Positions 37,103 through 46,100 of a stretch of 64,000 bases of DNA are shown here, piece by piece. Position numbers and translations under genes: made by a program. The stretch is from IMG/VR virus record IMGVR_UViG_3300028800_000090, positions 2,187 through 66,186 of that record. The stretch is one strand, 5' to 3'. Source of the stretch: a virus (Duplodnaviria > Caudoviricetes). Under the pieces are notes generated by a model. The model had not been told where the DNA came from. It made no database searches and worked only from the letters and a program-made list of their open reading frames with translations. Every line of letters starts with the position of its first letter. Position 1 is the first letter of the stretch.

Positions 37103-40100
37103 TCGATGGTGCTGTAGCGGAACCGCCCTCTGGGGCAAGTGTGGATTGGGGCACGTATGAGCCAACTCCCAGCCAGTCTGCCAAACCTGCGGCCGGAGTC
37201 GATTGGAGCAGTTATCAGGATGAGCCCTCCGCCACCCCAACCCCACCCCCCGTAACCCCGCAGAGCATTCAGGAAGACAACGCGGACACGGCGAACTCAC
37301 CGACCCCCCCGCCTGTAGGGGTGAGTGGTCCACCGGTGGGCATGCGGCAGTCTGGCCCCCCAGCCTTCGCCCCTCCAGGTATCGGAGACGGACCGGCGGT
37401 CCCTTCCGCCGGCGCCCCGCAGCGGATCATTTCAACCATGCCGCGCGAGACCGTTGCGGGAACCCTTCAGTATCGGTCCGAACCTCCGGTCCCCATGCAT
37501 CACGAACAGACCGAGGGAGAGGCTATACGTGAAGCGCTATCCCATCCCATTGAAACCCTGACTGGAGCAGACCTTCCTTCGCAGCAGGAGGAAAAACAAG
37601 AGATGCTGGAGCGTGGGGCGAGCGAGACCGGAGACCCATTCCTCGCTACCGCTGTCAATATTCAGCAGTCTACGCAGCAACCCCTATTCAACCTCAGCGG
37701 TTCGAAGACATTTCAAGGCATCCTCGATCCCAAAAGTAAAAATATATTCTCGCGCGTAATCACCGGGGGCACCAAGGGCATCGAGGCACTATCTTCCCCC
37801 GACAACATTGGACTGCTCGCCGGGATGTACTTTGCTCCCGAGGAAGCTGGGCAACTCATCTCTGCCGTGTTTTCTGCACAGATGGCGCAAGGGGCAGGAT
37901 CAGAAGGCGTTCAGACTCTACGCGCTGCACATAGGGGAGATTACGGAGAGGCGGCAGAGCGCGGCGCCAATGCCCTTATAAGCGCTGCCTTTGCTGCTCA
38001 ATCTGGGAAGCATGCGATGGGGATCGAGTCCAGCCCATCTTTCAGAGAATCAGCCGGGCAGGGTCTGGAAGAGGGTGTGCGGCAGGCGACCGGAGCAAAG
38101 GGTCCGTGGGCAGATTACCAACCGATAGCGCCCGTTGCGCAGCCCAAGCAGCAGGTCGCACCCCAGGACACATCCCGCACCTTCACCGCGCCAGCCAACG
38201 CCGCTCGCCAAGCGGGGGTGAAGTTCGACACAGGCCCATTCGACTTCGACAAGTTCGACGCAGCCAAGAAGGGCGCCGTGCAGGGTTCGACCGATGGCGC
38301 CGCGATCCGTGCCTCTGCCGAGCAGCAGCACCCCACCCTCAAGGCCACTGTTCAAGGCGCAATCGCAGGCATCCCCGGTGCTGAACTGGAAGGCTCTCGC
38401 GTCAAGAGTGCCGAGTCGATGCAGACGAAAGCCGAGCGGGGGACTGCATTCGAGGGCATGAAGGACGTTCTCGGGCTGCGCATCTCGGTGGACTCCCCTC
38501 AAACTGGCAAACTGGTTGAGCAGGCCATCAAGCAGTCCCATCCGGTAGTCGGGGAAGAACCTCTCGACGCCAACGGGTTGAAGGGGCAGCAGCTATTCGT
38601 GCGCTCTGGCAAGCCCGGCGAGGCGCTGCAGGTTGCAGAGATTCAGATTCTGCCCAAGCCGCAAGTCGATGTGCTGGACAAGACGACCCCCATCTACGAG
38701 CAGCAGAAGGAAGCGGAGGCAGCGGGCGACGACAAAGCAGCGGAGGCACACAGCGACAAGGCGACCGAGATCCACGAAACTGCGCTGACCGGCGAGCTAC
38801 CCACGAAGTACGAGTTCGGCAGCACCCAGGCGAACCTGCCGGCGAGCTCGGACGCAGCCAAAGCCGTCGGGGACATGCAGTCGCGCATCCCAGATACGGA
38901 CTTGGCGGGTGACGGCAAGGATCTCGACAAATTCCACGTCACCGTGCGCTATGGGCTGAAGAGCGGCATCACGCCAGAACTGCGCAAGTTCATCGAATCG
39001 CAGGAACCTTTCGAGGCTTCGCTCGGTGCAACGACCAGCTTCCCCCCCAAGCCCGGAGCCGAAGCTTCGCCCATCATTGCCCCAGTGGAGTCGCCGGAAC
39101 TGCACAAACTGAACGCAGCGATCGAGAAGGCTGGGGACTTCCACCCGTCCGACTACCCCGACTACCGACCTCATGTAACTGTCGCGTTCGTGAAGCCAGA
39201 CCTTGCAGACAAGTACACCGGCATGACGGACGCCAAGGGCAAGACGTTTCCGATTGACAGCATTGCCATCTCAGACCAGAATGGCAAGCACACCGAGATT
39301 CCGCTGTTAGGTGGAAAATCCAAAGAGGGAAAGGAGACTGCGGAAACTTCCGGCTCCACGCAAGCCGGAAAAGAGCCAGTGGGGGGTAGAGCCGACGAAA
39401 CTCTCCCCCCCACCGAAAACCATACAACCCCGCGGACTGTTCCCGAGCCCGGGGCAACGAGTCCAGCAGTACCTAAGTCAGAGGCAGCGCAGCCCCAAGA
39501 GGTTGCCCCAAAACTCACCAAAGGCTCACAAGTCACTCTGCCCGACGGCCGCACAGGGACTTTACGCTGGACGCTAGGCAAGGATGCGCGCGTAGAGCTT
39601 GCGGACAAAGCGAAGACCCGGTGGGATGGCAAGCTGGCAGACCTCAAGCCTGCGGAAGCACCGCCGATTGGCAAGCCGCTAAATACCCGCATCGAGCAGA
39701 TCAAGCAGGCCGTAGCCGATGGCACGCCCGTAAAGATATTTACGGCGCGCGCTGACGATCCGAGAGTGCCCATCTTCCTCAAGGAAAATGGCCTTGGCGA
39801 ACTGCCTGTCACGAACATCAAAGGGCACGACTTTGGTGGCCTGATCGACAACATCGTCAACGTTCCGACCAATTCAGACAAGCCGTTCGATATGCCTAAG
39901 ATTCCAGCGGGGAAGACCCTTTACGTTGATCTCGACGGGACTCTCGCAAAAGAAGGAGGCACAGATGCAACCCCTAAGCCTACAGAAGCAGAAGGTAGCA
40001 AAGCCCCCGTCAAAGCCGCAGCAGAACCTGAGCGCGGCGCTGGCAAAGTGGAAGGGCAAGCGAAAGAAGCCAGTGCCCCCCAAAGCGACCTAGCCCAGAA

Positions 40101-43100
40101 GCGGGAGAAGTTCAAAGCTGGCAAGGGCACGAAGGCGGAGCGCGAGACTGCACAGCGCATGCAGGAACTGGCCGAACACTTTACCCCCGGCAACGTCATC
40201 CACTCTGCCTACTGGCGCGACTACGATAAGGTGCTGGCATTCACTCCTGCGACGACAGAACACAACTGGTCCGTCAAGGTGATCCACAGCGATAAGGAAG
40301 GAAACCCGCTCCCCGACGCAGACCCGCGTAACCACTCGACCTACCCGGATAAGGGCGATGTGATCGTGAAGCGCGGCGAGAAGCAGGCACCGCCAACCCC
40401 CGACGAACCCGCCACCTTCGTCCGCAAGAGCCTCCAGACAGGCAAGGAAGAGACGTTTACGCTGCCAGGTGCGCAGACGACGATCAGCCGACCCGCAGAG
40501 ATTCGTGAGGCGAGTGACCAGACGCTCGCGGAAGCAGCGAAGAAGTGGGCGAAGGCGACCCTTGAGGGAGGCGGCGACAGCGATGCAGCGGGCAAGATTC
40601 TTGGGGAGATTGAGGCCGAGCAGAGCCGACGCGAGGCTAAGGGCCGGGTAGTTCCCATCGAGGATGCCAGAGCGCCCAAGCCGAAGATTCCCCAGATCCC
40701 AGCAATGGCAGGCATGACGCCGCTCGGCGTGAAACCTGTTGCCGAAACCCCTGCAAAGGAGGACAATACTGCACATGGCGACCGCGACCAGAACGGTGGA
40801 CGTACCCCCAGCGGAGGACGCGCGCCTGCCGATCTACCAGGCGAAGATCGAGACGCAGTGGGAGCAGCACCTGCCCGACAAGGTGAAGGCGCTGAAGGCA
40901 AAGGGAACCTTCGACCAGGAAGTGAAAGCGACGGCGCTCCAGTGCGTTCAACTCCTTCAGGAGTATCAGAAGCGGGGGTTGGGTCCGGACATGGGGCGGG
41001 AAGCGGCACAGGGCTTGATAATTCCCCCGCAGGACCAGTAGCAGAAAAGGCTGTCAAGGCGGCCAGCAAGACTCCGAAACTCAACAAAGACTGGTACACC
41101 CACCCTGACGACTGGGAACCTCCATCCGGCATCATGGGCAAGCTCGATGCGAACATGGAAGCGCTCCGCATCCTGCGCAACATCGAGAAGTTTCCCCGCC
41201 TCGCCACCCCCGAAGAACAGGCTGCGCTCGCCAACTTTGTTGGTTGGGGCGCACTGCCTAACGTCTTTGCTCCGTGGCGCGTCGGCTACTCAGAACGTCC
41301 GCGGTGGGAGAAGGCGAACGACGAACTCCATACCCTCCTGAACGAAGAAGAGTATGCGGCCGCAAGCCGGTCGACCCAGAACGCGCACTACACCTCCCCT
41401 GAACTCGTGCGCTATATGTGGGACTTGATGAAGCGGTTCGGCTTCAAAGGTGGAAGCGTTATCGAGCCGTCGATGGGTTCGGGCAACTTCTTCGGACTCA
41501 TGCCGAAGGCTTTGCGTGCCAACGTAGAAGCGGTGGGTAACGAGATGGACCCGGTAACTGCGGGCATCGCCAAACTACTTTACCCCGGCGCCACCATCTT
41601 CAACAAAGACTTCGTGCAGTTGATCCTGCCCGACAACTCCCTCGACCTCGCCATCTCGAACGTTCCATTCGGCGCAAAGGTCTACGACCCGAAGATGCCG
41701 AAGCTCAATGCGGGCGTGCATGACTACTTCTTCGTGAAGTCGCTGGACAAGGTTCGTCCGGGTGGCGTGGTCGCATTCATTACGTCGACCGGAACAATGG
41801 ACAAGCAGAACGGCAACATTCGGGACATCATTGCTTCGAAGGCCGACCTCATCGGTGCAATTCGCATCCCCTCCGGCGCGTTCAAGAAGAACGCTGGCAC
41901 CGACGTTACCACCGATCTGGTCATTCTCCAGAAGCGTGCGCCTGGGCAGGAACCGAAAGGACCGCAGTGGTCCAAGGTTGTCGACATCCAGGTTCCGGGC
42001 AGGGACAAAGGTACTATTGCCACCGTCAAGATCAACGAGTATTTCCACGACAACCCCGAGATGATGCTGGGCACCGGGGGTGTCAGCGAGATGTACGGGC
42101 GCGATGGCTCGTTTGCGCTCTACCCGCACGAGGGCCAGGACTTCACGCAACTCCTCGAGGACGCCAAGCGTTCATTGCCTCGCGGCATCATGCTTGCCGA
42201 CGACAAACCTCTCGGTGTAGACCGAGCATCTACCGCGGCAGAGTTTGCCAAAGACAGCCAGCCTGAGGGTAGTTTCGCCATCGACAGCAAGGGCGTGCTC
42301 AAGCAGGTGGTCGACGGCAAGCTCCAGGCACCCCCGGTAGTCGAGAACGCAGACGGCACCAAGAGCCCAGCCAAAGTTGAGCGCATCAAGCAGATGGTCG
42401 GTCTGCGCGATAACCTCAATGGTTTGCTTGCCTCCATGACGGAACTGCCCGACGACGAGCCGAGCAACGCCGAGATTGCCAAGCAGCGCAACGAACTCAA
42501 GAAGGAGTACGACAAGTTCGTCAAGCGCAACGGCATCCTGAACGCTCCGGCCAACCGCATCTTCGATGACGACCCACATTTCCCCCGGCTGCTGGCGCTC
42601 GAAAACTACGACTCTGCCAAGCGTGTAGCGACGCCGGCGCAAATCTTTACCCAGCGCACCATCTTCCCCCGCGCTGAACTTACCAGCCTTTCGCCGGATC
42701 CACACGACGCGCTCTACCAGGTGCTCGCCGAGCGCGGCAGACCGGACATTGGCTTCATGGCGCGGCTGCAAGGTAAAGAGCCAGCCGAAGTTGCGAAAGG
42801 GCTACTCAAAGACGGGTTGATCTTCCGCGACCCGCACAGCGGCGACTACGAGATGAAGGAGAAGTACCTCTCGGGCTACGTCCGCGACAAACTGGACGAG
42901 GCCAAAGCCGCCGTCGCGCAGGGTTCGAAGGAGTACCAGGCCAACGTCGATGCGCTTGAGAAGGTTATCCCCGATACCGTGCCGATCGCCAAGATTGAGG
43001 TAAAGCTCGGCGCAACGTGGATTCCCCTCCCGGCGTTCAGCGACTTTATCAGCGATGTGCTCAAAGCCAACGGGCGCGTAACGAATGATGGCGGCATCTG

Positions 43101-46100
43101 GAAAGTCTCGAACCTTGCTAACACCCCAGAGGTATCGAGCACCTACGGCACGCCCGCCGCTTCCGCCGACTGGATTCTTGAGCAATCCCTCAACCAGCGG
43201 GAGATGAAGATCACCTACAAGGATTCAGACGGCGTAGTCCACGTCGATCCTCAAGCCACTCTGCTTGCTCGCCAGAAGCAACAGAAGCTGCGCGAGGCGT
43301 TCAACCAGTGGGCAGCCGACTCGAAGAAGTGGGGGCCGGTCCTCGAAAAGGCGTTCAACTACGCCTACAACAACATCGTCCTCCCATCCCGCGACGGTTC
43401 GCACCTGACGTTCCCGGGTATGAATGCCTCGGTAGACCTCCGTCCGCACCAGAAGGATGCGGTCTGGATGGTGATTCAGGAGGGCCGCGGGCTGCTGGCG
43501 CACGTCGTAGGTGCTGGTAAGACCTTCGAGATTGCCGCCTCGATCATGGAAGGCCGGCGCATCGGGGCGTTCCGTAAGCCCATGTTGGCCGTGCCGAACC
43601 ATCTTGTCGACCAGTGGCGCTCCGAGTTCATGCACCTCTACCCTGGCGCCAAGTTGCTAGTTCCGACCAAGGGAGACTTCGATTCGAAGAATCGGCAGCG
43701 TCTGATGGCGAAGATTGCGACCGGCGACTACGACGCTGTAATCCTAGCTCACTCGCAGTTCAACCTCATGGACATCTCCCCCGAGCGCCAGATGAAGACG
43801 CTGCAGGGCCAGATGGACGAACTCGTCGAGACGATCCGTGCGATGAAGGGCAACCGGGACGACGAGCGCACTGTCAAGCAGATGGAGAAGTCGAAGGAGC
43901 AACTCCGCACCCGCATGGCGAAGTTGCAGGATATGAAGGCTGACAAGGCTATCAGTTTCGACGAGACTGGGGTCGACGCTCTGTTCATCGACGAGGCTCA
44001 CGCCTACAAGAACCTGATGTATTACACCAAGATGCAGAGGGTCGCCGGACTCTCGCAGGGAGACTCGAAGCGCGCGACCCGGCTGCTGATGAAGACACAG
44101 TACCTCCAGGACCAGAACGGTGGGCGCGGCGTGGTCTTTGCAACCGGAACGCCTATCCAGAACACGATGGCCGAGCAGTACACGATGACGAAGTACGTTG
44201 CCCCCGACGTGCTGGAGCGGGCTGGAATCAAATACTTCGACGACTGGGCTGCCAACTTCGGGGCCGTGCAGACGAAAAATGAACTGGCCGCGGATGGGTC
44301 GAGCATCAAGGCGCGGTCGAAGTTTTCACGCTTTACCAACGTGCCTGAACTCATGCAGATGTTCCGCTCCTTCACCGATATCAAGACGGCGAAGATGCTG
44401 AACCTGCCCACTCCTAAGCTCGAAGGCGGCAAGCCCCAGGCCAACTATGTGCAGCCGAGCGAAACCCTGATGGAGTACGTGAAGACGCTGGTTCACCGGG
44501 CCAAGAACATGCCGAAAGACCCGCGTGTCGACAACATGCTCAAGGTGGTTTCGGATGGCCGGAAGGCTGCGCTCGATATGCGGCTGGTTGATCCAGACGT
44601 AAAGGATGACCCGGACTCGAAGATCAACCAGGTAGTCGAGGATGTGCTGCGCGAGTGGAAGGCGGGCAAAGCTGACAAACTGACGCAGCTCGTCTTCCTC
44701 GATATGTACCGCGCGCTGGACTACCCACCTTCGACCCGCAACCCACTCGACGACTCGGAGATCATCGGACGGCCAACTGAGCGCCTGAACCTCTACAACG
44801 ATATGCGCTCGAAGTGGATTCGTGCCGGCATCCCTGCCGACCAGATCGCCATCATCGGGGACTACGACACGGACGTAAAGAAGAACGCTCTCTTTGCCGC
44901 GGTCAACAATGGCGACATTCGCATCCTCATGGGCTCAACCGAGAAGATGGGCGCGGGCATGAACGTACAGCGTCGTCTCAAGGTGCTGCACCACGTTGAC
45001 CTGCCATGGCGTCCCGGAGACCTTGCGCAGCGCACCGGCCGCATCGAGCGCCAAGGAAACACAAACGCCGAAGTGAGCGTCAAGTATTGGCTGACGCAGC
45101 GGTCTTTCGACACCTACATGCTCAATACGCTCGTGACCAAGGCCGAGTTTATTGAGCAACTTATGTCGGGCACGTTCAAGGGCCGGTCTATCGAAGACCT
45201 CGATTCAACTGTCTCGATGAACTTGCAGGACATGATGGTTGCGACCTCCGGCAACCCAGACATCAAACTCAAGTACGACCTTGAGATGGAGAAAGATCAG
45301 TTACAGGCGCTGGAGCGCGGGCACCGCCAGGAAATGCGTGAGAACGGCTTTCGCGCGCAGAACGCCAGCGACCGTGCATCGAGGATGTCAGGGCAGATCG
45401 TCGTCGAGAAGAAGGCTCTGGCCAAGTATCAGGCGGTCAAAGGGGAGGATGGCAAGGGATTCTCTCTCGACGTGGACGGCAAGAAGTTCACTGTGCGCAA
45501 GGATGCGTTTGAGTATCTCGACGCGATGAAGGTGCCGCAAGCTAACTTCTACCTCACCCTAAACGGCATCGGAGTTTCGGTAAAGACGTTCTCTGAGGCA
45601 CGCAACCAGGCGGTGCTCGAATACCAACTGGAGTACGAGGGCACCGAGCGCACTCCCCCGGAACAATCGATGGCTTCGCTGGGCCGGTCCATCGATGCAC
45701 GGCTTGGCAATCTGAGCGACACCATCGAGAGCAACGAGTTCTCCGTCAAGACCAACAAGGCTGATGCCGAGAAGTATTCGAAGATGACCGACTTGCCGTT
45801 TGCCGAGGCCAAGCGCCTTGCGGACGTGAAGAAGGAAATCGACGAGGTAGACAAGCGGCTCGGCATGAAGGACGAGCCTCCGAAGGACGAGGTGACTGCA
45901 GACATCGCAGACGAGGATGGCGAGGCAGATCAAGAAGTAGGCGACCAAGATCAAGAAGACTCAGCTACCCTCAAGCCGAACAAGGCCGCGGAGGAGCGCG
46001 CAGCCAAACTCGGCTCTACCTTCTCCTCCGGCCTTGACCCCACCCTCTTCAAGGAGTTGTTCCCCGACATTGCGCAGCGTGTCTCCGACTGGATCGACAA

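Noticed and set aside
39311-39577. Third +1-frame ORF inside the giant gene
   Set aside because: No good SD and no protein-like pattern
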